Below, one piece after another: positions 38,033 through 47,119 of a stretch of 56,345 nucleotides of DNA. A program made the position numbers and the translations under genes. Source of the stretch: Lishizhenia sp. (GTDB lineage: Bacteria > Bacteroidota > Bacteroidia > Flavobacteriales_D > Crocinitomicaceae); assembly GCF_033720595.1 (NCBI RefSeq), contig NZ_JAWWCF010000001.1, positions 1 through 56,345 on the forward strand, read 5' to 3'. The number at the start of each line of letters is the position of its first letter. The first letter of the stretch is position 1. Below the pieces are notes generated by a model. It was given only the letters and a program-made list of their open reading frames with translations. It searched no databases and was not told where the DNA came from.

Positions 38033-40828
38033 ATGAGATTAAAACTATTAGTAACCTGTTTGCTTGCAGCTGTTGGTAGTGCTGTAGGACAAAAGAAAAC
38101 ACTAGATCATTCCGTATACAACGATTGGAAGTCCGTCCGAAACACGGAAACTTCTAAAGATGGTAACTGGATTGCCTATCAGATAACACCGCACAGAGGA
38201 GACGGTACATTGTATTGGTATAACACTGTGAGTGGAACGCAAAATTCATTACTCCGTGGAGAGAACCCTCAATTTAATAGCAATAACTCATACTTAGTTG
38301 CTGGAATTAACCCAGGTTTTGATACCCTAAGAACCTTAGAATTGGAAGAGGTAAAAAGACCAGAATGGGTAAAAGATAGTATGGTTGTGGTTTGGTTGGA
38401 GTCAGATTCAATTCGCAAATTCGACAATGTTTCTTCGTATCAATTAAACGAGCGTAACGATTGGATGGCCTTCATGCGTACAGAAAATGTAGAACGTGAA
38501 TTGAAGGAGAAAAGAAGGTTTTGGATTTTTGGTAAAAAGATAAAAGAAGAACCTGAGTTTACCAGCGAAGGGAAACAATTAAATGTGTACAACCCTGTTA
38601 CAGGAGAAGAGCATATTATAGGAGATGTAAGTGATTACCGTTTTGGTAGAAATGGAAAATACTTAGTCTACACTAAGGCAATTAAAAAGAATGAAAAAGA
38701 CAGCAGCTACCTTTTTGTATTTGACTTGAACAAAGGTGAGGAGTTTGCACAGTCAATGCCTTTTACAGCTTTGGGTCAATTTACCTTCGATTATGAAGGT
38801 GAGTTTATTGCCTTCTTAGCAAGTAGAGATACAGTAGAAGAAAACAAGCTATTCGATTTATACGAGTGGAATTTACAACAGGATGTTTTGACCAAAATTT
38901 TGGATACAAACAATGTATTATTGGAGGGTAAAACTGCCTCTAATTTTTCTGCACCGAGATATTCTAGAGATGGAAGCAAATTATACTTTGGTATTGCAGA
39001 TATTCCTGAGCAAGAATCAGAGGATACATTGTTAGCATCAGAGAAAGCGACTCTTGATTTATGGCATTATAAGGATAAGCAATTACAACCGCAGCAGTTG
39101 TTGTACAAATCTTGGGAAGAGAGAAAAACATTTATGGTAGTTTACCACAGAGTAAATGCCAAGACTTTTACAGTATTAAGTAATGATACACTTGATGTAC
39201 GTTTAATGGACCATGGAAATAGTGACATTGCTTTGGGAATGTCTAACGAAAGTTATGCTGGAACGTATAATTGGGAATACCCGTGGCCTTCGGATTATTA
39301 TGCTGTGGATGTTAACACGGGTAACACGAAACTATTAGGGAAAAAGATTGGTTACGCATCTGGTTTGTCGCCTAAGGGAAATTACTTTTTGTATTTCGAT
39401 ACAACGGGTATTGTAATTAAGGACGTTAAGGCGGGAACAGAAAAATGTATTACCTGCATGGCACCTGGTGTAAATTGGTTGCAAGATATGAACGGAATGC
39501 CGGCAATGGCGGGACCTCTTGGAATAACAGGATATACGGAGGGTGAAAAAGCTATCATATTGAATTCAGAATTCGATGTATGGCACTATGATATTGCAGC
39601 CCATGATTTAAGAAGAATTACAGAAGGAAAGGAAAATAATATTCAATACCGTTTGAACGAATGGGAAAGAGATAGTACTTATTTAACTCCAGAAAATTCG
39701 TACATCAAAGCTTTTGATAAAGTAAGTAAAGCAGAAGGAGTATTCACGCTAAATTCTTTTGAAGAAGATGCACAGGTGAAGGAACAGTACTTTACAGATC
39801 ACGCTATTGTTTATTTACACAAAGCGGAAGAAGGAGATGCTATCGTGTACAGAGAGATGTCAATCAAAGACTATCCAGATATTAAAGTAACGCGTGATAA
39901 TTTTAAAACGACCACTCGAGTTTCTGTGGCAAACCCACAACAAGATGAGTACAACTGGGCTACGGTAGAGCAAGTAAATTGGACGAGTTATGCTGGAGAT
40001 AGTTTGAATGGATTGTTGTACAAACCAGAGAACTACGATTCAACTAAAAACTACCCATTATTGGTGTATTATTATGAATTGTATTCGGATGAATTGCACA
40101 ACCATTATGCTCCTCGTCCAACAGCTTCTATCATTTTTGCTACAGAATATGCATCTGCAGGATACATGGTATTTTTCCCAGATGTAAGGTACGAGGAAGG
40201 TCACCCAGCACAAAGTGCATACGACTGCATTATGAGTGGAACAGATAAAATTTTGGAGTTGTATCCAAATATAGACTCTACGCGTATGGGACTCCAAGGA
40301 CAAAGTTGGGGAGGATATCAAACAGCTCAGCTGATTACGATGACCAATAGATATGCTGCAGCTATGGCAGGAGCACCGGTTTCTAATATGTTCTCTGCCT
40401 ATGGAGGAATTCGTTGGGGTAGTGGTTTAAACCGTCAGTTCCAGTACGAGAAAACTCAATCGAGAATAGGGAAAACGATTTGGGAAGCACCAGAATTATA
40501 TGTGGAAAACTCGCCTATCTTTCACTTACCAAACGTAGAAACTCCCGTGTTGATTATGCATAATGATAATGATGGAGCAGTTCCATGGTACCAAGGAATT
40601 GAAATGTTTGTTGGACTGAAAAGACTGGGTAAACCAGTTTGGATGTTGAATTACAACGGGGATGGACATAACCTTATGATCAATGCGAACCGTGTAGATT
40701 TAAGTATTCGTATGCGTCAATTCTTTGACTATTATCTCTTGGATGCTCCGGCTCCTGAATGGTTAATAGAAGGAATTCCTGCTGTGGATAAAGGAGAAGA
40801 TTACAAATTAGGATTGGAAGAAGAATAA
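38033..40828 (+). CDS. S9-family (prolyl oligopeptidase/acylaminoacyl) peptidase
   Basis: Signal peptide, propeller region, GQSWGG nucleophile, DGAV Asp, GHNL His; -7 element TATTTTTG at 38008-38015. Confidence 0.93.
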   Translation: MRLKLLVTCLLAAVGSAVGQKKTLDHSVYNDWKSVRNTETSKDGNWIAYQITPHRGDGTLYWYNTVSGTQNSLLRGENPQFNSNNSYLVAGINPGFDTLRTLELEEVKRPEWVKDSMVVVWLESDSIRKFDNVSSYQLNERNDWMAFMRTENVERELKEKRRFWIFGKKIKEEPEFTSEGKQLNVYNPVTGEEHIIGDVSDYRFGRNGKYLVYTKAIKKNEKDSSYLFVFDLNKGEEFAQSMPFTALGQFTFDYEGEFIAFLASRDTVEENKLFDLYEWNLQQDVLTKILDTNNVLLEGKTASNFSAPRYSRDGSKLYFGIADIPEQESEDTLLASEKATLDLWHYKDKQLQPQQLLYKSWEERKTFMVVYHRVNAKTFTVLSNDTLDVRLMDHGNSDIALGMSNESYAGTYNWEYPWPSDYYAVDVNTGNTKLLGKKIGYASGLSPKGNYFLYFDTTGIVIKDVKAGTEKCITCMAPGVNWLQDMNGMPAMAGPLGITGYTEGEKAIILNSEFDVWHYDIAAHDLRRITEGKENNIQYRLNEWERDSTYLTPENSYIKAFDKVSKAEGVFTLNSFEEDAQVKEQYFTDHAIVYLHKAEEGDAIVYREMSIKDYPDIKVTRDNFKTTTRVSVANPQQDEYNWATVEQVNWTSYAGDSLNGLLYKPENYDSTKNYPLLVYYYELYSDELHNHYAPRPTASIIFATEYASAGYMVFFPDVRYEEGHPAQSAYDCIMSGTDKILELYPNIDSTRMGLQGQSWGGYQTAQLITMTNRYAAAMAGAPVSNMFSAYGGIRWGSGLNRQFQYEKTQSRIGKTIWEAPELYVENSPIFHLPNVETPVLIMHNDNDGAVPWYQGIEMFVGLKRLGKPVWMLNYNGDGHNLMINANRVDLSIRMRQFFDYYLLDAPAPEWLIEGIPAVDKGEDYKLGLEEE

Positions 40829-40855
40829 GAGTTTAATCTAAAAAATACATACTGA

Positions 40856-40886
40856 AAAAGGGTTTCTGAGAAGGGACCTTTTTTTT
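40856..40886. terminator. Intrinsic terminator between convergent genes
   Basis: AAAAGGGTTTCT-GAGA-AGGGACCTTTTTTTT. Confidence 0.75.
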
Positions 40887-40925
40887 GTGGATAATCAGAC
40901 GAAAGTTGTAGTTTTTGGGACCTTT

Positions 40926-41906
40926 TTAATACCCGTTTACATCCTCAACTATCCCCTCTACATCCTGTTCAATCATGCATTTAAAGTGTTTTTTTGGACA
41001 TCCTTTATACCCTATTTTTGAACAAGGTCTACAGTTCAAATCCTTCACCTCATGTATGCTTACTAAACCGGGGTTTGCCGGCATGTATGCATACATCCCA
41101 AGATCGGGAACTGTATTTCCCCAAACTGAAACTATGGGCATGTTAAAAGCAGATGCGATGTGCATTAAGCCTGTGTCGTGGGTAAGAAGCACACTGGCTT
41201 GTTTTAAAACGCTAGCACTTTCTTGTAGGTTTAATTGACCACATAGATTGCGAAGGTCTTTCTCTGGGAGGGCTTGCACGAGTTGTTCACCTAGTTTTGT
41301 GTCTGTAGGACCCCCTAAAAGCACAATAGGACCATTAAGTTGCGCAATGATTTGCTTCAACTGTTCAAAAGGTAATCGTTTGGTAGCAAATTGGGCTCCA
41401 ATAGCAATGGCTTTAAAGCTTTCTAAAGCGTAAGCATCTTTTATCTTAATTTCGTTTTCAGGTCGAATGAAAAAATCTAGGCCCTTTTGGTCGTTTTTAA
41501 CTCCTAGTTCTAAAACAGCCTCAAAGTAACGATCAACGATGTGGAGCTGAGGCATTTTGTTGATCTTAAAATTGGTCAATAACCATTTCTCTATGTTGAG
41601 CTTAGGAAAGCTCGAGCTTTTTACTTTTAATTTGGAAATTAACCGCTTTGAACGGAGGTTTTTATGTAAGTCAACAATATGGGTATAACCTTCACTCCTT
41701 AAATGAGGAAGCACCTCGTTGATGTCTTTTTTAATTGTATAAAGCTTATCAATGTAGGGACTATCTATTAAAAGGTCCGTAAATTGAACTTTGCTTAAAA
41801 AGTGTATTTCGCTTTGTTCACCCAATTGTTCTTTCAAACAACGAACAATGGGAGAGGTTAAAACAATATCTCCAATAGAACTAAAACGAACTACAAGTAC
41901 CTTCAT
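40926..41906 (-). CDS. Glycosyltransferase family 9 (LPS heptosyltransferase-like)
   Basis: VRFSSIGDIVL, DLH...RS, DTGLMHIA.A, WG.T, CRPCS. Confidence 0.92.
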   Translation of the reverse strand: MKVLVVRFSSIGDIVLTSPIVRCLKEQLGEQSEIHFLSKVQFTDLLIDSPYIDKLYTIKKDINEVLPHLRSEGYTHIVDLHKNLRSKRLISKLKVKSSSFPKLNIEKWLLTNFKINKMPQLHIVDRYFEAVLELGVKNDQKGLDFFIRPENEIKIKDAYALESFKAIAIGAQFATKRLPFEQLKQIIAQLNGPIVLLGGPTDTKLGEQLVQALPEKDLRNLCGQLNLQESASVLKQASVLLTHDTGLMHIASAFNMPIVSVWGNTVPDLGMYAYMPANPGLVSIHEVKDLNCRPCSKIGYKGCPKKHFKCMIEQDVEGIVEDVNGY

Positions 41907-41910
41907 GAAT

Positions 41911-42522
41911 CTAGAACAATTTTAAGCGACTTTTACGGATAGACTCTCTAAAGTCATCTAATTTTTCAGAGTTGTTTTTTCCTGTAAATCGTCTCATAAA
42001 TTTAAAGTGACCTTTTGCATTTTTCCAGTCAAACTCATCTTCGAAGATAGGCACAATGGCAAAGAAATAGATATCCTCATTTTCTATAGGAGCCAATTGT
42101 TGTTCTAACAAGATAGGATCTGTTAAAATGAAATGATTTTGCTTCATAGTAGCAGAGATAGGATTTCCTTCTCTATTCGCTTTGAAAGTATGCCCCGCGT
42201 TGTAGTAGGTGTCATTATCTCTCAAATGTTTGGCCAAGCGTTGTATGGCGGGGAAAACCCAATTCATGTTTGGGTTCTCTATGTCTTCCCATTCCCAGTA
42301 ACTGGGTAAACAGAAGTAGAGTTCGCAGTGTTTTCTGTCCTTGTATTTTTCCGGAACGGGCATATCTTTTTGCGCCAATCCATTGGTCATTATTACCGTA
42401 ACGGGAGTCTGTAACTCCAGCTCTAGCATGAGCAAAGAAACTTCGTCTTCAGTTTTAGCTTCGTAAGGAATTACTCTTCCTTCACCGAAGCGATTGATCA
42501 TTTCTTGTTCTACAATCGTCAT
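41911..42522 (-). CDS. Suppressor-of-fused (SUFU) domain protein
   Basis: MTNGL...M.VP, ELYFCLP..W, GHTF, F.AIVPIF..E...K...G pattern. Confidence 0.8.
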   Translation of the reverse strand: MTIVEQEMINRFGEGRVIPYEAKTEDEVSLLMLELELQTPVTVIMTNGLAQKDMPVPEKYKDRKHCELYFCLPSYWEWEDIENPNMNWVFPAIQRLAKHLRDNDTYYNAGHTFKANREGNPISATMKQNHFILTDPILLEQQLAPIENEDIYFFAIVPIFEDEFDWKNAKGHFKFMRRFTGKNNSEKLDDFRESIRKSRLKLF

Positions 42523-42524
42523 GC

Positions 42525-42998
42525 TTATTGTATTGATTTATCCAAAGCCATCCAAAATGCCTCATGGGAAGGAACACATCCGTTTTCTATCATTTCGAAA
42601 ACTTCAATTTCTCTTTCTTTGCTGTAGGCTTTTTTATGCTTAAAGAATTGTAATTGTTGTGCCTTCGTACTTAAACTTTCATGAATAGACTCCGGAGTTG
42701 AAAGGTCTACTTCAGCTTCTGGAGATTTTGGATTAATTCCAATTAATTCTATTTCTTCTTTAGTGCATTTAAACACGAGTAGGCTGTCTTTAGCACGCAT
42801 TTCTAAAAACTTCATCTTTTCCATTACTTTCTGAAAAACGGTATCAGAAAATATGGCCACTAACTCTTCTGCTTTTGCACTGTTTTTTTCATTCATCTCA
42901 AGCCACTCTTCATTGCTTACTCCATTGGCAATCAAGAAGTGCTTAAAATCCTCGTCAAAAGCTGCTCTTTCTTCCTGGTTTAATAAACGAAATTTCAT
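42525..42998 (-). CDS. DUF6495-like conserved Bacteroidota protein
   Basis: MKFR.L..EE....DF..FL..NG....EW, FSD.VF, K.Y..ERE.E.F.MIE.G. Confidence 0.8.
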   Translation of the reverse strand: MKFRLLNQEERAAFDEDFKHFLIANGVSNEEWLEMNEKNSAKAEELVAIFSDTVFQKVMEKMKFLEMRAKDSLLVFKCTKEEIELIGINPKSPEAEVDLSTPESIHESLSTKAQQLQFFKHKKAYSKEREIEVFEMIENGCVPSHEAFWMALDKSIQ

Positions 42999-43199
42999 GC
43001 TGCGAAGTTAAGAAATGCAGGTGATGTTCCTTGCTTTTATACGTAAATAGTTCATCTATACGGCAAAATGTCAATAGGTTTTTGTTTTCCTTCGGTCATC
43101 TTCGTGTTGAAATCTGACAAATAAGCTTTGCCTCGATGCGCTTTATGGTTTGAATCGCCTAAATAATTGTTATTTTTGAATTCAAAATAATTAGTAACT

Positions 43200-44702
43200 A
43201 TGGGATGTTCCAGTTGTAGCAGCGGAGGAGGTACTCCGAGAGGCTGTCAAAACAATGGAACTTGTAGTTCTGGTGGATGCAATAAACTTGGCGTTTTTAA
43301 CTGGTTGGCAAATATGCAATTGCCTGCTGGTCAGAGCCAATATGATATAATTGAAGTAAGATTCAAAAATAGCCGTAAAGGTTTTTATAGAAATGTAAAG
43401 GACTTATCGTTACAAGTTGGCGATGTAGTTGTTGTAGAAGGTAGCCCAGGTTTTGACATTGGAGTGGTGTCGATAGTGGGTGAACTTACCAGGATACAAG
43501 TTCAAAAGAAAGCGCCAAATATGAAGGCGCACGAAGCAAAGAAGATTTATCGCATTGCGAATCAGGAAGATATCGACAAGTGGATGGAAGCAAGAAACCT
43601 TGAGAAAGAGGTGATGCACCAAGCCCGAGAATTGGCGATTAACCTAAATTTAGAGATGAAAATCTCAGATGTGGAATATCAAGGGGACTTAACAAAAGCC
43701 ACTTTTTATTACACAGCAGATCAACGTGTCGATTTTAGACAGTTGATAAAAGATATGGCGGAGGCATTCAAAATTAGAATTGAAATGCGTCAGATTGGAG
43801 CTCGTCAGGAAGCAGCTCGATTAGGTGGAATAGGTTCTTGTGGTAGAGAATTGTGTTGTTCTACGTGGTTAACAGATTTTAGATCTGTATCTACTAGTGC
43901 GGCGCGTTACCAACAATTATCATTGAACCCGCAAAAGTTGGCTGGACAATGTGGTAAACTAAAATGTTGTTTAAACTACGAGTTAGACATGTACTTAGAC
44001 AGCATTAAAAAGTTTCCTAAACCAGATACGCGTTTGTACACCGAAAAAGGTTCTGCCATACACGTAAAAACAGATGTGTTTAAACGTTTGATGTGGTATG
44101 CTTATGAAGGTGAGGCAGGTGTAGGATCAGGATTAATTCCTTTATCGCCTGAGCGTGTTGAAGAAATCGTTGAACTCAACAAGAAAAGAGAGAAACCGGC
44201 AGATTTAAAAGACTTTGAAGAACAAATCAAGGTGGAGCCAGATTACTCTAATGTGGTTGGACAAGATGATTTAGACAGGTTTGAGCACGTGTTTAAGCGC
44301 AGAAAGAAAAAGCGTAAAAAACCAGGAGGAAGACCGGCAGCTAAGAAGGCAGAAGCACAGAAAACAAGCAACAAACCAGCAGCCAAGCAAGAAGCAAAAG
44401 CTGAAGGAAATAAGCCAAAGCCAACGCGTAAACCTCGTCCGCAAAATGCGAAAGGTAAGCCGCGTAAGCCGAAGCCTCAGAATGCAGCAAAAAACACCCA
44501 GAACCCAAAAGAGGTGAAGGGTGGGAATAAGCCAAAACCGAAAGGGCCAAAGCCAGAGCAAAAGGCAAAAACGGAGAAAAAACCAGTTAAAGGACCTAAA
44601 GCTGAAGGTCAACCAAAAGCTGCTCCAAAGAAGAATTTCAAGAAGAGAAAACCACGTCCGCAGGGCGGAAATAAACCACAAGCCAAGAAAGATGGTGAAT
44701 AA
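43200..44702 (+). CDS. ricT: RicT/YaaT (PSP1 domain) Fe-S protein with a long Lys/Pro-rich tail
   Basis: Cys-rich N-terminus, RVDFRQL, GGIGSCGRELCC, KLAGQCGKLKCCL.YE; -7 element TATTTTTG at 43171-43178. Confidence 0.9.
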   Translation: MGCSSCSSGGGTPRGCQNNGTCSSGGCNKLGVFNWLANMQLPAGQSQYDIIEVRFKNSRKGFYRNVKDLSLQVGDVVVVEGSPGFDIGVVSIVGELTRIQVQKKAPNMKAHEAKKIYRIANQEDIDKWMEARNLEKEVMHQARELAINLNLEMKISDVEYQGDLTKATFYYTADQRVDFRQLIKDMAEAFKIRIEMRQIGARQEAARLGGIGSCGRELCCSTWLTDFRSVSTSAARYQQLSLNPQKLAGQCGKLKCCLNYELDMYLDSIKKFPKPDTRLYTEKGSAIHVKTDVFKRLMWYAYEGEAGVGSGLIPLSPERVEEIVELNKKREKPADLKDFEEQIKVEPDYSNVVGQDDLDRFEHVFKRRKKKRKKPGGRPAAKKAEAQKTSNKPAAKQEAKAEGNKPKPTRKPRPQNAKGKPRKPKPQNAAKNTQNPKEVKGGNKPKPKGPKPEQKAKTEKKPVKGPKAEGQPKAAPKKNFKKRKPRPQGGNKPQAKKDGE

Positions 44703-45156
44703 AATTGTGATGATATTAGGCTTAGGAATTCTCCTCGCATCTTGCGGGGAGCGTCCTATGTTTGATAACAGTTATTCTTTTGAAAATAGAGCCTGGAACC
44801 AGCAAGAAAAAGCAGTGTTCCACGTAGATGTTACAGATACTTTAACGCCTTATTATTTCGATGTGCAATTGCGTACAACCACAGATTATGCTTTTAGTAA
44901 TTTGTGGGTAATGGTGAATATTACAGCACCAGACAGTACAACATCTAAACAGGCGGTGAAAGTGAATATTGCAGATGACAAAGGCAAATGGATAGGTACA
45001 AAATCTGGATCGTTGGTAAGTAGCGCTATGCGTTTTAGTGCCCAACAATTTCCATTGAAAGGAAACTATTCATTTGAAATAGAACAAGCCACAAATCAGC
45101 AAGAAATAAAAGAAATTGTTGATGTAGGAATACGCATTATAGCGAAGGAAAAGTAA
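44692..45156 (+). CDS. gldH: Gliding motility lipoprotein GldH
   Basis: Lipobox LASC, R....Y.FSNLW, A...GKW.G, G.Y.F.IEQA, I.DVG; conserved position after the PSP1 gene; start ATG 44692. Confidence 0.88.
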   Translation: MVNKIVMILGLGILLASCGERPMFDNSYSFENRAWNQQEKAVFHVDVTDTLTPYYFDVQLRTTTDYAFSNLWVMVNITAPDSTTSKQAVKVNIADDKGKWIGTKSGSLVSSAMRFSAQQFPLKGNYSFEIEQATNQQEIKEIVDVGIRIIAKEK

Positions 45157-45158
45157 AA

Positions 45159-45318
45159 CTGCCCCAGATTGCAGCGGTAGCTTGCCCTAGCAAACATTTA
45201 GAAGCATTACAAGAAAAGGTACGACCACAGGAAGTGCCTTTTTTTGTATCCTGCTACTTGATGTTGGATAGGGTAACTTTAGCGGAAAGCGGGTACCCAA
45301 GTTACTTGGGGTAGGCAG
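45159..45318 (+). repeat. Structured dispersed element, copy F
   Basis: CAGATTGCAGCGGTAG...GACCACAGGAA...CTTTAGCGGAAAGCGG, plus an extra hairpin before the outer CTGCC/GGCAG stem. Confidence 0.8.
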
Positions 45319-45330
45319 CCTAAAGATTAT

Positions 45331-46200
45331 TTACAAGTTTTTCATCAATTCCCTGTCTTTCGAGTTTACCTCAACAGGCGGACAACGATTCGGGTCTTTT
45401 TTGAATAACCAAACGAATTTTAATTTAATAAGTAGCGGCTGATAAGTACTCGAATACCACTCTAATGAAGGGTTTCCTGTTCTCCATTCGTAAATTTCCA
45501 TGATGGGCATTCGTACTCCAGGAATAATGAAAAATCCACCATTTATTTTAAAACCGTAGCCAATTTCGTAGTTTAACTGTGATACCAAATCATTTTGGAA
45601 GAATTGAGTTTGCGGTAAACTGCTCCCAACATAGTCCATATTTCCACCACTTACGCGAAAATCTAGGTTAACCCCTAAGGCGTGATCAATAAAGTTGCGC
45701 GGGTTAATTTGGAAAACATTGTGAACGCCGAAACGCGCAAAAGCATAACCTAAGTTAAAGTCGCCCGATCCAAATTCTGAAGTTACAACATCCCCAGAAT
45801 TGTCGAGTAAATCTATTTGTAATTCCTCTTTACCACCAAAATATTTGTAGCCCAAAGACCAATCGTAATACTGTATAAATTTGCGGGGACGTTTGGTAAT
45901 GTGTACCATCCCGATTTCTCCGTAAACACCAAGTTTTCCTGCAGGATCAAACTGATATAAAGCAGGTCGTCCTCCTAGCGTTGTTTCTCGCTGCGGCACC
46001 TCTAAATTGGTTAACAAATAAGTAGGGCCTACCGCGATTTGTATACCATGACGCAGATAATCTCCAGTTACCCAACGGTAAAGCGGCTTGTGTAAACGCT
46101 GATTTCCAAAATGCTGTTTACGCTTTTTCTTTTGCTTATACATTTGGGCTGAACCATTGAAGGCCAGCAAAGACATTAATACAAAAACAAGAACTCTCAT
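45331..46200 (-). CDS. Hypothetical secreted / outer-membrane beta-barrel protein
   Basis: Signal peptide from MRVLVF (ATG 46200, or 46215), amphipathic strands; -7 element TACCTTTG at 46236-46243. Confidence 0.78.
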   Translation of the reverse strand: MRVLVFVLMSLLAFNGSAQMYKQKKKRKQHFGNQRLHKPLYRWVTGDYLRHGIQIAVGPTYLLTNLEVPQRETTLGGRPALYQFDPAGKLGVYGEIGMVHITKRPRKFIQYYDWSLGYKYFGGKEELQIDLLDNSGDVVTSEFGSGDFNLGYAFARFGVHNVFQINPRNFIDHALGVNLDFRVSGGNMDYVGSSLPQTQFFQNDLVSQLNYEIGYGFKINGGFFIIPGVRMPIMEIYEWRTGNPSLEWYSSTYQPLLIKLKFVWLFKKDPNRCPPVEVNSKDRELMKNL

Positions 46201-46314
46201 ACTAGAATAATTCATGATAACGAATGGGTTACACACAAAGGTAAGGATAGATGTTAGAGCAGCAGAAGGTGAACTAGAAAAACTTATAGACACTTATTAT
46301 TTGATAAGCTTTGG

Positions 46315-46477
46315 GGGTATGTGCTTCCTTTGCAATACAGCCCACCGGGCCATACACTATAATCCTCCCACAACACCTGTAAAAGTAGGGCGCGCACTAA
46401 GCTTCTTGGGTCGCTTTGTGCACGTGTACTTTTGATATAGGTGTTGCGCTGCGGGTTGCCGTTGCTGTCCCTTACCC
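46315..46477 (-). repeat. Structured dispersed element, copy G
   Basis: Minus strand GGGACAGCAACGGCAA...GACCCAAGAA...TTATAGTGTATGGCCC; outer GGGTA/TACCC stem. Confidence 0.8.
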
Positions 46478-46548
46478 TACACCCAGAAAAGGAGAGTTAG
46501 AAATAAAATAAATTTGTGGGATCGCAATGAATCTTTTATTTTTTCGGT

Positions 46549-47052
46549 ATGAAATTATACCACTGTATATTTCTACTGCTAATTATATTACTTACTACTA
46601 GTTTCTCTACAAAGAAACATTTTCCGAAAGCTCTCTATGTAGAGCTTGTTATACCCCTAAATGATAGTGTTGCTCCGAGAGCGGAAGGTTTGGTGTTGAT
46701 GGATTCTGTTTTATATTATTCCAACAGTGCCTTAACAAGTTCTTACTTGGCCAAGTCTTTTCGCTGTTATGAAAAGGATTTTAGCTCCTCGTTTGCCTAC
46801 TATCAGGGAATTTGTAGATCAGACATAGAAGTACTCAGTAATTATTTTAGAGAGGAGAAAGACAAGAAGAAAGATCGAAAACCGAATGTACACAAGTTAC
46901 GTGTCTGTAATTCCTTTGGGACCTTAAGTTTAGAGGTGAAATCTGCAGGACAGATAAAGAAGATTGTTAAAAATATTCAGAAGTTAAAAGGACTATCTGC
47001 TCGTACGAAAAAGATGTTTTCCTCTTGGGATGCATTAGAAGCGTGTAAATAG
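46549..47052 (+). CDS. Hypothetical protein with N-terminal signal/TM segment
   Basis: 167-aa ORF filling the gap and followed by a terminator; no recognised motif. Confidence 0.6.
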   Translation: MKLYHCIFLLLIILLTTSFSTKKHFPKALYVELVIPLNDSVAPRAEGLVLMDSVLYYSNSALTSSYLAKSFRCYEKDFSSSFAYYQGICRSDIEVLSNYFREEKDKKKDRKPNVHKLRVCNSFGTLSLEVKSAGQIKKIVKNIQKLKGLSARTKKMFSSWDALEACK

Positions 47053-47072
47053 TTTACGATAGTTATGTTCAT

Positions 47073-47102
47073 AAAAAAGGCTTCCGTTGCGGGAAGCCTT
47101 TT
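47073..47102. terminator. Bidirectional intrinsic terminator
   Basis: AAAAAAGGCTTCC-GTTGCG-GGAAGCCTTTT between convergent genes. Confidence 0.85.
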
Positions 47103-47119
47103 ACTATTTGATGTAAGAT

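Noticed and set aside
44521-44691. N-terminal extensions in the ORF track (gldH, YwbE, icd, bacilliredoxin, M23, 45331 gene)
   Set aside because: Downstream ATGs restore signal peptides or family N-termini and, where visible, fit the position of TAnnTTTG promoter elements.
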